From the NCBI GenBank assembly GCA_964016885.1, contig OZ024741.1:125922001-125986000 (forward strand): a stretch of 64,000 nt of DNA. Direction: 5' to 3'. The notes under the pieces were generated by a model. That model saw nothing but the letters and a program-made list of their open reading frames with translations. It searched no databases and had not been told where the DNA came from. Position 1 is the stretch's first letter, and every line of letters starts with the position of its first letter. A program made the position numbers and the translations under genes. Below are positions 13,800-25,050 of the stretch, one piece after another. The DNA is from Eledone cirrhosa. Its lineage: Eukaryota.

Positions 13800-15035
13800 T
13801 ATTGTCTGGTGATCCTGAACCGCATGCGTGGCATGGTAGACCGGGAACTGCGAGAACAACAGGCAGAGTTCCGGCTAAAACGTTTCTGTCCAGAGCAGAT
13901 CTTTACGTTACGCCAGAGGCGAATTCCAGAGGCCCCTCGCCATCAGCTTCATCGATTTCTCCAAAGCATTCGATAGCATTCATCAGCCGTCGCTCAGGAG
14001 CATCATGCATGAGTAGGGTCTGCCCTAGAAAGTCATTTCGGCAATCAAATAGATTTATGCAAACTCCAAGTGCTGCATACGGACAGGATGGTTACAGTGA
14101 CTGGTTTGAGGTGGTTACTGGCGTGCGTCAAGGTTGCTCGCTCTTTCCAATTCTCTTTGCCATAGCCATTGACTGGGTACTAAGAAGAGCGTCTAAAGAC
14201 CAGGGTATATCTTGGGTGGGAGAGCAAAAGTTGTCTGACCTGGACTTTGCGGACGATATTGCTGCACTTGCAGAGAACACAGTTGACCTGCAAATCATTA
14301 TGAACAATATCAATGTCGAAGCAGGAAGCTTAGGTCTCAATATCAGTGCCAAGAAGACCAAAAGCATGTTATCTGGGACACACCCACCACCAACCAGTGT
14401 CTTCATTGAACAGCGGGAGGTGGAGATAGTGGACAACTTCTCCTACCTAGGAAGCTCCATTAACGATGAGGGCACCATGGATAGTGAATTGCAATGTAGA
14501 ATGGGAAAGGCTTCAGCAGTATTTAACCAGCTTGACAAGATCTGGAAGAGCAGGAAGTTCACCCTCAAAACAAAGATGAGATTCTACAACAGCAACATGC
14601 TGTCCACACTCTTGTACGGAAGTGAAACATGGGACCTTAAGACCAGCCAAGAGAAGAAGTTGGACACATTCGATTCCCGATGTCTGCGAAAGATCCTGGG
14701 GATTAAATGGAGTGACCATGTAACAAACCAGGAAGTCAGGAACCGCACCAACCAGCAGCTAATCTCTTCTACCATCTGCAAGCGACGCCTGGGCAGGTTT
14801 GGACACGCTTTGAGACTTCCCTCGGAGAGACTGGCGAACCAAGTACTTAAATGGAGCCCGCAGGGAAGCAGACGGAGAGGGCGACCCAAAATGAACTGGC
14901 GCCAGACATTTGAGAGGGATCTGCGAGCGACAAACAGACAATGGCGGGACGCTGTGCAACTGGCTGCTGACCGAACGCAATGGCACACTATGATTGCCTC
15001 ATGCGTCGCAAGACGCGGGAGCTTCTGAGTCCGAA
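13800..15035 (+). mobile_element. 5'-truncated RTE-clade LINE (RT to C-terminus), frameshifted at its 5' end
   Basis: GVRQGCSLFP, LDFADDIA, YLGS, LLYGSETW, RRRGRPK..W motifs in ORF 13802-15028; EQQAEFR..QIFTLRQ and FIDFSKAFDSI in an alternative frame; candidate TSD TGGAGTC at 13793-13799 and 15036-15042. Confidence 0.93.
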
Positions 15036-15499
15036 TGGAGTCCATCCCATCCCCTCTCCTGGTCTGAATACTGCAGATTTCTCATAGAGAAGTGTCTTAA
15101 TTTCAAACTATCATGAAATATAGTGGCTTTCCTAAAACAATGTTAAGCCTTTCATTGCTATAGTTCTAATGATTGATCGACAAGATCTCAGACCTCATTC
15201 ACTTACCGAGTGGGGTGGAACTCACCAAATAGAACCAAGAAAACAATGTTTCCATTGGTCTTTCCATTGCTGATACTATGTACCAGTCGTAACTCCTGAC
15301 AGAAAGGACATAACACATTGCCTGGTCCGGGAATTGAACTCACAACCTCACAATTGCGAATCCAATTTTCTAGCCATTAAGTCACATATCTTTACTAATG
15401 AAGGATTTAGTAAAATGACTAACTGTTGGTACCACTATTCTAAGACATTCTGTATGCATGTTTTATATAGTAAAGTTTCCATTGATATTTATTTCACAG

Positions 15500-15670
15500 A
15501 AGCCCATTCTCCAATTGGTCCCCATACTCCAGAAGAAGTTGAGGATGACCATGATGTAGAAATCATGTCTGATGGTTTAGAAGAGGAACCTTATCCAATC
15601 CGACCAACAGAACCAGAATATGTTTCAGAAGTTAGTGAACCATCACGCTCCAATTCAGAAGCAGAATCTC
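15500..15670 (+). CDS. CDK11: CDK11 exon C (acidic), phase 1 to 1
   Basis: atttcacag|AA...TCTC|gtaagt; QAHSPIGPHTPEEVEDDHDVEIMSDGLEEEPYPIRPTEPEYVSEVSEPSRSNSEAES. Confidence 0.85.
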
Positions 15671-16136
15671 GTAAGTGCCCATTGTTGTTTTCTTTCAATT
15701 TGTTTATTTCTCTTTTTCCTCTTTCTTCATATTGATAATTCTTGTTGAAGGAAACTAAACTCTCTTAACCATTTTGTTACCATGTTTTTAATAGAAGACA
15801 CTGCCTTTTACACACACACACACGCACATATATATATATATATATCATCATCATCATCATCACCGTTTAACATCCACTTTTCCATGCTAGCATGGGTTAT
15901 GTATATATATATAGGTTACAAAAGATTCAGCAACAGAACCTTCTAGCTGCTTTACAGCTTCCCTTGCTTTTTATATTTTTTTAATGCTTATTTTGCCTCC
16001 CTTTGGCATTTATGTTTCCCTATTTATGTTTTACTATTTTATTTTGAATTTTTCTATCTATTCTCTTATCTCTATCTATCTTGTTTTTTTTTCGGTGGGG
16101 TGGGGGTGGGTTTCTCAACCATAAGAAGTACTAGAT

Positions 16137-16282
16137 CAGTCATGAGCAAACTGCAGACTGTTTGGCTTTCTCAATGGCATGCCTAATTTCAAAGTTGCTT
16201 TGAATTTTTTAGTAGTCTGGCCTGCCTTATGATGAACCACATCCTATGCAGCCCACTGCTTGAAAAAGGTTACCCATGCTTG
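16137..16282. mobile_element. hAT-type MITE
   Basis: Imperfect TIR CAGTCATGAGCAAAC / GTTACCCATGCTTG with perfect 8-bp TSD TACTAGAT. Confidence 0.75.
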
Positions 16283-16664
16283 TACTAGATACTTCCCCTT
16301 GTCTGTCATGGCTTACTAGCTCTATACGGACGTTTATATTAATTAAATAAATAAATAAATATGCTAATCCTCTGCACAGTTTCTGTCTTCTGAATTTCAC
16401 TCAAAATGCATTGGTCAACCCAACATTACAGTAGAAAACACTTGTACAATGTGTTGTGTAATGGCAATTAAAGTCTGAATGACATGCTTGCTAAGTAAAT
16501 GTCTTAAGCACACATCCATACCTGGTGTGCCCATATCTTCACAATGAAGGCTGGCCTACTGCTAAACGACAACTTATGCCCTGTGTTAAACTAGGTTTAT
16601 TTAACTCTTTGGATGTTTAACCCTTTAGCATTTACATTACTCTATATTTACTATTGTATTTTTC

Positions 16665-17133
16665 TGGACCGAGATCGTTGGCGCTACGCAGTAATACAGA
16701 AGACTCGCCTTGCCTATGTACATAGCAAAACTTACAGTCAGTAGGCACCTCTTAACCAAATATACACCCCCATCCCACTACCCCTACTCCACCCACCCCC
16801 CACTCCCACTAACACCACCCTCTCTCTGTAAAGTTATGTTGGTGTCACAACATCCAGTCCAAAATAAATGAGGTCGTGTAGGGGTCACAACAAAAAAACA
16901 CACAGTCCACGCTGTAATGTGGCCGTGTAGGCAACACGGTAAAAACCTCCCAGTCCACACTGTAAATGTGGTTGGTGTTAGGAAGGGCATCCAGCCGTAG
17001 AAAACCTGCCAGACAGTCCTATACGAGCGAGACATTGTCTCCCAACCAATCTTGCCCCAAGTGGGACAATTCCCGTCTAAACCCATGCAAGCGTGGAAGA
17101 TAGACGTTAAACGATGATGATGATGATGATGAT
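16665..17133 (+). mobile_element. RTE LINE 3' end with 3'UTR and (GAT)n tail, nested in a piggyBac MITE
   Basis: DRDRWRYAVIQKTR followed by UTR ending in (GAT)n; homologous to the inverted copy at 46355-46842. Confidence 0.65.
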
Positions 17134-17438
17134 GGTAAACACTTTATCTGACATAATTATTTCACATAATATCAAATCAATAAGATTTTGATATTATTTA
17201 TTTTGAGAACTGGGTAATTGCTGGCCTTGTGCCTAAAGTAGAAACAATTATTTATTTTGAGAACAATACCTTATATAAGTATGAGCAGCTGGTTACGGCC
17301 AGTTTGAACAGAAAGAGGTGAGAGAGAATTCTGGTCGGATACAGCTGGTTTAAATGCTAAAGAGTTAAATTGATTAAATAGATAGATAAATAAAATATAT
17401 ATATATATGTATATATATATATAGGTTTCTGTTGGTAG

Positions 17439-17534
17439 GTTCGCGATCACCAAGTTCTGCTCCAAGCTCCAGTAGCAACAGTGTTATTAGCAATGATGAA
17501 CATAATGGAGTTAGTCACAGTAACAAATACCATC
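17439..17534 (+). CDS. CDK11: CDK11 exon D (Ser-rich, 96 nt), phase 1 to 1
   Basis: gtttctgttggtag|GT...CATC|gtaagt; RSRSPSSAPSSSSNSVISNDEHNGVSHSNKYH; open and phase-compatible, perfect donor, weak acceptor; absent from the ORF track. Confidence 0.65.
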
Positions 17535-19594
17535 GTAAGTATATCTTTCTCTTTGTATTTTGTTAAACACTGTTGTCTATTAACATGGCTGGTCTAGTGG
17601 TTAGTGTGTTAGACTCATGATCATTCATGTTGCGACTGACAGCTTTTTGGAGGGTCTGATTTGATGACTGTTTCCTTTTTTTTCTTCTGTCAGGATATAC
17701 AACTGACAGATAGCATCAGTTATGAAAAGACCAAACATCATCATATATCTATTCTATACTTGCATGGGTTAGATGGGTTGTTTCATTATGAAACAAATCA
17801 GGCTTGGAGACCATGTCATGCTCAATGTAAACACAATTTCCCTGGTCTAATTTGATGATTGGTTCCTTTTTTTTAACTAGTAAAGTTAGCAGGTTTTCAG
17901 TTTTATGAATTAAGAATAATGTTATCACCATCATCATCATTTTTACATCTTCCTTTCTCATCTATCCATGCTAGCATGGAAGAATGGACGTAAAACGGTG
18001 ATGTTGATTTTTTATGCTGGTTGGGTGGGTTCTCTGAGATCAGTTCTCACCTCTTCTGCTCGGGTTTTCCATGGTATTCCTCTTTAATGGCTATCTTCTA
18101 CTTGGTGCTCTTGGCAATTCTTCACCTAATGACCATTATCCATACCAGCATGATTTTCTCTCTTTCCATACTACATCTGATTCCTCTTATACCCAGTGTT
18201 TCCTTTAACTCGTCTGTGTTTTTATTGGTCCTGTACACTAACATTACACATTGAATGGGACGTGTTCACCTCTTGGCCATTCTTCACCCTACAATTATCA
18301 TCCATAAACATCATACCAGCATACATCTAATTCCTTTTATGCCAAGTGTTTCCTTTAACTCATCTGTGCTTCATTGTTTATCTGCATTAACATTTTGTCA
18401 TGTCATATTTACCAGCCAGCCTATCAGAGCTGTTGATAGCATTGGAATCAGTAAAGTTAAACTGAATCCCTATTATCTTTTGCAGTTTTTTCCTCTGATA
18501 AAACGGGTCTCAGTCTGGAATCAGGTATGTATTCTTTAAGTTCTTTATACGTGTTTGTACTTATCGAGATTTTTAGGCTAGTGGGCTAGCCTAAATTATA
18601 GGGTCATAGATTCATTTCACAGACTGGGGGGGGGGGGGGGGGGAAGCATTAAGTCATTAAGCAAGATACTTCATTTCAGGTTGCTCCAGTTAACTCAGCT
18701 AGAAATGAGCGCTAGTAGTAACTCGGAGTTAGCTGTGTGGTCGACTCGTGTCCTATCCAGGGAGTAGTCTTGTACTCTCAGTCACTTCTTGCCCATGAAA
18801 CGAGGAAAAGCTCCTGCCTTCATCCAACTCATACAAAAAAATCAGGTATAAAATGATAACTAACTTTCTTATTGTTTGGAGCATAACTTAATAAAGGTTC
18901 TTATGTAAAATTATGATGGAAGATTTTTAGATAACAATAAACATTTAAAATAAACAATTTTGTATCATAGGACCAAGGATGATTTAAGACAGCTTGGTAT
19001 TCAAAGAGTTAAATAAACTTAGTTTAACAGAGGGCATGCGTTGTTGTTTAGTAGTAGATCAGCCTTGATTGAGAAGATATGGGCACAGCAAGCATGGATG
19101 TGTGCTTAAGACCTTTTCTTAGCAGGCACGTCATTCAGACTTCAATTTCCTTTACACAACACAGAAACTGTGCAGAAGACTATCATATATATGTAAGTAT
19201 GTGTGTGGGAATCAAACTGACTAGTTTCATTGTATTGAGGTATCACTTATTCCACTAGTAATAACAATTTTGCCTGTAACAAATTAATCCTTTTGTTACC
19301 ATACTTCTAATGTGATGTAATTAATTGTTACCATACTTCAGTGTGATGTAATTAATTTTGAAAATAATAAGAACTCAGTAAAATGATTAATTTTTCATTA
19401 AGTCAATGTTTGGAACATTACTTAAAAGGTTTTTATATAAAATTTTGATAGAAGAGTATAATTTAAATATGGCCACTTTAAAACAAACAGCTTTGTATCA
19501 TACATAGAACCTGGGAAATATCATGTGGTTTGGTGTCAAAAGTATTAAAACTTTGATGTTTTCATAGTATTTATTTCCTTACCTTTTTTTATAG

Positions 19595-19843
19595 ATCCTA
19601 AATCCAAATTTGACGACCACTCAGAAAATGAAAGCGGTACCGATTCAGTGCAGCCCTCTGAACATGAAGAAACACCTTTCAGGGAAGGAAGTCCACCTGC
19701 GTCCCCCATCGAGGATGACTCAGACCTGCCCCCCTATCTGCCGGCTATCCAGGGCTGCCGCAGTGTGGAGGAGTTTAACTGTCTGAATCGAATCGAGGAA
19801 GGTACCTATGGTGTGGTCTACAGAGCTAAAGACAAGAAATCGG
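19595..19843 (+). CDS. CDK11: CDK11 exon E (start of kinase domain, Gly loop)
   Basis: ttttttatag|AT...TCGG|gtaaat; ...[39 protein letters not shown], characteristic of CDK11. Confidence 0.97.
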
Positions 19844-19849
19844 GTAAAT

Positions 19850-20420
19850 TACCTATTTTTTATTTACCCACTTTTTACTCTTGCCTCCAGATTTTACTTA
19901 ACCCCTTTTTACCCTTACCTTCAGATTTTACCCACTTTTTACACTTGCCTCCCGATTTTATTTACCCACTTTGTACCCAAGCCTTTATATTTTACCCAAA
20001 CCTCTAGATTTTATTACCCTCTTTTTACCTAAGCATCCCAGATTTTACCCACTTTTTACCCTTGCTTCCATATTTTATTTACCCACATTTTACCTTTGCC
20101 TCCATATTTTATTTACCCACTTCTTACCCTTACTTCCAGATTTTACCCACTTTTTACCCATGCCTCCAGATTTTACCCACTTTTTACTCAAGCCTCCAGA
20201 TTTTATTTACCCACTTTTTACCCTTGCCGCCAGATTTTACCCACCTTTTATCCAAGCCTCCAGATTTTATTTACCCACATTTTTTACACTTGCCTCCAGA
20301 TTTTATTTACGCTTGCCTCCAGATTTTATTTGCCCACTTTTTACCCTTGCCTACATATTTTATTAACCTACTTTTTACTCAAGCCTCCAGATTTTATTTA
20401 CCCACTTTTAACCCTTGCCC
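19850..20420. repeat. Pyrimidine-rich minisatellite of about 30-35 bp filling intron E-F
   Basis: CCTCCAGATTTT(ATTT)ACCCACTTTTTACCCTTG units. Confidence 0.9.
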
Positions 20421-20532
20421 TCAAATTTTTGTTTACTCTTTTCTAAACTCTCACTTGTTAACTCTTTGTTCCCCTAACATTGAACATTTTTTTTTACTGT
20501 TATCTTTACTAATTTATGTAAATATTTTCCAG

Positions 20533-20654
20533 ATGAAATTGTGGCTCTGAAAAGATTAAAGATGGAAAAAGAGAAAGAAGGTTTCCCAATAACATCTTTG
20601 AGAGAAATCAACACCTTATTGAAGGCTCAACATCCTAATATTGTTACAGTCAGA
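20533..20654 (+). CDS. CDK11: CDK11 exon F (VALK, PITSLRE helix)
   Basis: ttttccag|AT...CAGA|gtaagt; [41 protein letters not shown]. Confidence 0.98.
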
Positions 20655-20984
20655 GTAAGTAGGATTTTGATCAATATTATTTTATCTTTTTACAGATTTC
20701 AGTAAATGGATTGGGACCTTATGTTACCCTATTTGACAAATTCCACCCCACTCAGTAAATGAATGAGGTCTGGGATCCTGTTGACATTAAGATGGTATTT
20801 GTAACATAACAAAATGTACTTATATAAAATTATGTTGGAAGGTTTGAATTTAAGTAGGTGCCTTCTAAAATTGATTGTTTTGGCTGGGTTGGTTTCAAAA
20901 GACTTAAAGACTCATTGCTCAGCTCAGTGGTTAGATGTGTGAAGATTCATACTTTACTTTAATAGAAATAATAAAAATAAAATG

Positions 20985-21690
20985 GCACTTGTCCACTCAA
21001 GGAAGCCTGAGTAGTGCCATCTATATAGGAGTAGAATTCCTCTGAAGCAGGTGATGTTCAGGTATCTCTAGGCCATATTCATGAATGATAGAAGGCAGGA
21101 GGCTGAATTAAGTGGAAGAATTGCTGGAGCTGGTGCAGTAATGTACCAGTTTCAGCATTGAGTCATCAAAGGATGGGAGGTAGGTGAAAAAGCCAAACTT
21201 GCTATCTTCAATTCAGTTTTTGTGCCCACTCTTACCTATAGTCATGAATCTTGGGTAATGATTGAAAGAATATGATAGCATATACAAGCAGCCAAAAGGA
21301 GATTCCTCCCAAGGATCCTTGGAGTAATGTTACTTAATAGAGTGCATAGCTCGGAGATCAGAGATTCGCTCCAGGTAGAGCTGCTATTTCTCCGAATTGA
21401 GAGATCAGAGCTCCAATACTATGGACATGTAGTTAGAATGACTAAGGAAAGAAATGCTGGATAGATTTTACAGGCAGAGCCAACCGGCAGGAGACCCAGA
21501 GGTAGATCCCGAGCAAGATGGTTGGATAACATCCATGAGCTCAGCTGGTCTCACTTAGGGATCCAGCTGGATCAATTGGAGACAGTTGCTTCTGATAGGA
21601 CCTGTTGGAAGGAGTGTTTTTATGACTCTCTCTCCACAACCCTGCAGGTATAAGTGGGTGAAGCAGAAGACGTGGAAGGGTATCTGGCCA
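20985..21690 (+). mobile_element. Degenerate RTE (Expander/Rex3-like) 3' fragment
   Basis: KAKLAIFNSVFVPTLTYSHESWVM...QYYGHVVRM...PTGRRPRGRSRARWLDNI with in-frame stops. Confidence 0.8.
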
Positions 21691-21933
21691 TAGAATTCCA
21701 ATGTGTCCAATTTTCCATGCCATCATTGAAAAATGGACAGGAAAATGACAATGATGATGATACTGGTGGTTATCATCATCGTCATCCTTTAACATCCATT
21801 TTCCACGCTAGGATAGGTAGGACTATGATGATAAGGACATTGATGACAGTGATGTCAACAAAATGATGATGATGACAATGATGATGTGTACTTGTTTTTA
21901 ATATCTGTCCATTTAAAAAAAAACCTTTTTCAG

Positions 21934-22039
21934 GAAATTGTTGTTGGTAGTAACATGGACAAGATCTACATTGTAATGGATTATGTGGAGCATGATCTAA
22001 AGGGTCTTATGGAAACAATGAAACAACCATTCCTGGTTG
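21934..22039 (+). CDS. CDK11: CDK11 exon G
   Basis: tttttcag|GAA...GTTG|gtgagt; [35 protein letters not shown]. Confidence 0.97.
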
Positions 22040-22310
22040 GTGAGTATCTCACTCTTCCTCTTTCTTTCTCTCTTTGGCTTTCTCTATTGTATACACTCCC
22101 TCTCTTCTTGTTTACTTTGCCACAGAACAACCTCTCATTTCCGAATATCAATAATCTCTCTCTCCTTCTCCCCCCCCCCTCTATATATATATCTATATCA
22201 GGGGCAAAGGGTCTATGTATGTACTGCATGCCTTACTTTTTCCAGGATAAATGATGTTCGTGTAATATCAAATTAATTATTCTCTATCCTCATTGTACTT
22301 GTGATACATA

Positions 22311-22836
22311 TCTATATATATAAAACTGTGGTTGTCTGTCTGTCTATCGATTTTTGGCACACATCTCCTCTTAGAATCTCTCACGGAATTGCACCGAAAT
22401 TGCTATACTTGTACATTGAGCCCTAGCGAAGACATCGGAAAAAAAATATTTCAAATTGACCCACCCTATGTGACGAAATCGAATATAATGTATCGATTTT
22501 TGAGCGTAAGTTATCAGTTATTTCCCTTTGTTCTGTTTACATTGAGCGTCTTACGTTGTTTTTCTCTGCGTTGCAGTGTTTACATTTTCGATCTTTGTTA
22601 ATAAATAACCAGTGCAGTTTTTATCCCCAGCATCCTTTTTTGTTATAACATTCGGGTTATCGTTATGTTTTCTTAACTTCATAAGGCATATTGTTGGTTG
22701 AGGGAATATTAATCAAAAACACCACATGCAAGTCTGCACAGTAGACACTACAGTTTTTAAGCCAAAAAAGAAACTTAACATTGTAACTTTAACACAGCTA
22801 CTGAGCGACCCCGAGCAACGCCGGGCTTTACTGCTA

Positions 22837-22837
<1 letters not shown>
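22311..22837 (+). mobile_element. Non-autonomous Helitron
   Basis: a|TCTATATATATAAAAC 5' end; GC hairpin CCCGAGCAACGCCGGG then CTAG|t; inserted at AT with no TSD. Confidence 0.88.
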
Positions 22838-22872
<35 letters not shown>

Positions 22873-23134
22873 TTTTCTATTTCTCATTCCTTTATTTCTT
22901 TGGATAAATTGTAAACAATTATTTAAGTAGAGAAAGCTCCAGTTTGTTTTGTGAAAAAAAGAATAAAAATCACTGAATTAGTTTCTTTCATTTTCTATGT
23001 ATGAAGGAGTGGGAGTGAGGTTAAAGAGAGAAAAGCAGCTCCCCTGCCCCACACTCTGCCATGGCAATTGGCTGGCATCATGGACTGTATGCCCTGCTTT
23101 CCATGTCACCCTTTGCTACTGATATATATATATA

Positions 23135-23531
23135 GGCTCATGGCTTAGTGGTTAGAGCATTGGGCTTGCAATTGAAAGGTTGTGCGTTTAATTCTCGGAC
23201 CGGGTGATGTGTTGTTTCCTTGAGCAAGACACTTTATTTCACATTGCTCCAGTTTACTCAGCTGTAGAAATGAGATGATAGGGACTGGGGTCCCTATCAT
23301 TCCACTGCAAAGTGGTCGTGCAGGTGCCACAGCAAAAAAGCACCCATCACTCACTGTAAATGAGGTTGGTGTTAGGAAGGGCATCCAGCTGTAGAAATCA
23401 AGCCAGAATCAGTTCCTGTATGAGCAAGACATGGTAAACCGACCTAACATTGCCCACAACAGGACAACCCGTCTAACCCATGCTAGCGTGGAAGAACGGA
23501 CGTAAAACGGTGAGGATGATGATGATGATGA
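23135..23531 (+). mobile_element. CORE-type tRNA SINE family B with RTE-derived (GAT)n tail
   Basis: TGGCTTAGTGG A-box; CCTTGAGCAAGACACTT..CAGTTTACTCAGCTGTAGAAATG resembles the MIR CORE; close to 29877-30221. Confidence 0.85.
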
Positions 23532-23770
23532 TATATATATATATACGGGATAACAGATTATTGTTATAGGTAGTCCACTTAGGTGTAGTCCAGTTAGGGT
23601 ACTCCGAGTAGTGGATTGTATCAACGCTTGGCTAAGTTTGACTCAACAAGGCGTTTCCATAGTGATGCTGCGCGTACGCATTGATTTCTATGTTGTTTAC
23701 ACTTGGAGTAATGATAAATCAAGAAAGAAGAGTGACACGGTTTGCTATACAAAAAAGGTTTTTAATCACT

Positions 23771-23880
23771 TTGCTGACAATTGTTTCTCTGAACTGGTAG
23801 GTCTAGAGATCGCTACCCGATTGTTTTCACGTCATTCGATCACCAATACATAGTTGTAACCAGTCAATTCATCAGAGCAA
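23771..23880 (-). ncRNA. Type I hammerhead ribozyme motif (long stem II, palindromic stem III)
   Basis: Minus strand: ttgct CTGATGA a ttgactggt [about 70 nt] accagttcag a GAA ACAATTGT C agcaa; stem I ttgct/agcaa, GUC site. Confidence 0.65.
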
Positions 23881-24598
23881 GCGAGAATGAAGGGAATACA
23901 CAGGCATGGCCTCTATATATAGTAATGGTGGCATTCAATTAGAACAATAAAAACAATACTAACAATGCTAGCAATAAATTATTTGAAATAATCACAACAT
24001 CAATCTAAGTAAGACATAGAGTATACTTAAGACTTTAGCATGTAAAACGAGTTGATATGAGGCAGATGTATGAAATTGACATGTAAAAGCTGTCATGGGG
24101 TGTATTATATATAGTGTAGAGATAAGCAGGGGCTTTAAACAATGTACCATTTCCTTTACCGTAGGTTTGGTGACCGTACAAATTATTTATTATTTGACAG
24201 ATAAAATATTTATCATTGTAGTGAGGATAGTAATATTTGTGGTGTGAAGTGGATTCAATATTTATGTGGTCTATATTAGATGAAGGGATTGTTAGTTCGA
24301 ATCATGGGGTTGTTTAGCTTTCACATCATCAATAACATACATGTATAAGATAACATTAACAGAGTAGCAATATAATAGGTAAGTTAATACAGAGGTTAAA
24401 GAGGCAATATATATATAGAGAGAGAGAAAACATGCTGACTACAATTATAACAGCAAGAGGAAGGTGATGTTTTACTTTGGTAGTATTCTGAAAATGTACT
24501 TGGATTTAGGTTCATCTGTTGAGAATCAAAGGTGAAGAAGTTGTGTTGACAGCAGCTGAGAAGGGATATATTTATGGGTTGATAAGATGTTTGCAGAC

Positions 24599-24646
<48 letters not shown>

Positions 24647-24989
24647 AAACGTAAACAGACAACAAAGCAAACACCACAGTACAATGAAGAAATATATTAG
24701 TTTAATACTTAATATAGTAGGAAAAGAGTCTTTATGTTTTGGACACTAGTCCTTCATCAGAAGATAGAATGAGAAATAAAAGATGAAATAGAAAGATAGA
24801 GAGTGAAAAGATGAAGAAACAAAAAAAATTATTTTTGAGAATAAGCATGTGTGTATTCAGTCAGTCATTTTTGTATATATATATATGTGTGTAAATAAAG
24901 TAATTCCATCGGAAAGGTCCAGGAAAAAAGAGTGCTCTATGTAGGTTACAGAACTTATTAGTTATGTAATAAACAACATAAGATAATTA

Positions 24990-25050
24990 TTTCATTTACC
25001 AGTGGTTTCTTGAAAGCAAACAAAATTTGCTCTCTGTCATCAGAATGAAA
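24990..25050 (-). ncRNA. Type I hammerhead ribozyme motif (compact)
   Basis: Minus strand: tttcatt CTGATGA ca gagagcaaa ttttg tttgctttc aa GAA ACC act GGT A aatgaaa; 7-bp stem I, 9-bp stem II, GUA site. Confidence 0.7.

Noticed and set aside
13802-14050. N-terminal 80 aa of the 408-aa ORF as real protein
   Set aside because: The RT motifs here (QQAEFR, FIDFSKAFDSI) lie in another frame, so the ORF start is a frameshift artefact.
19971-20550. Overlapping F/Y/P/L-rich ORFs
   Set aside because: They come from the intronic minisatellite between exons E and F.
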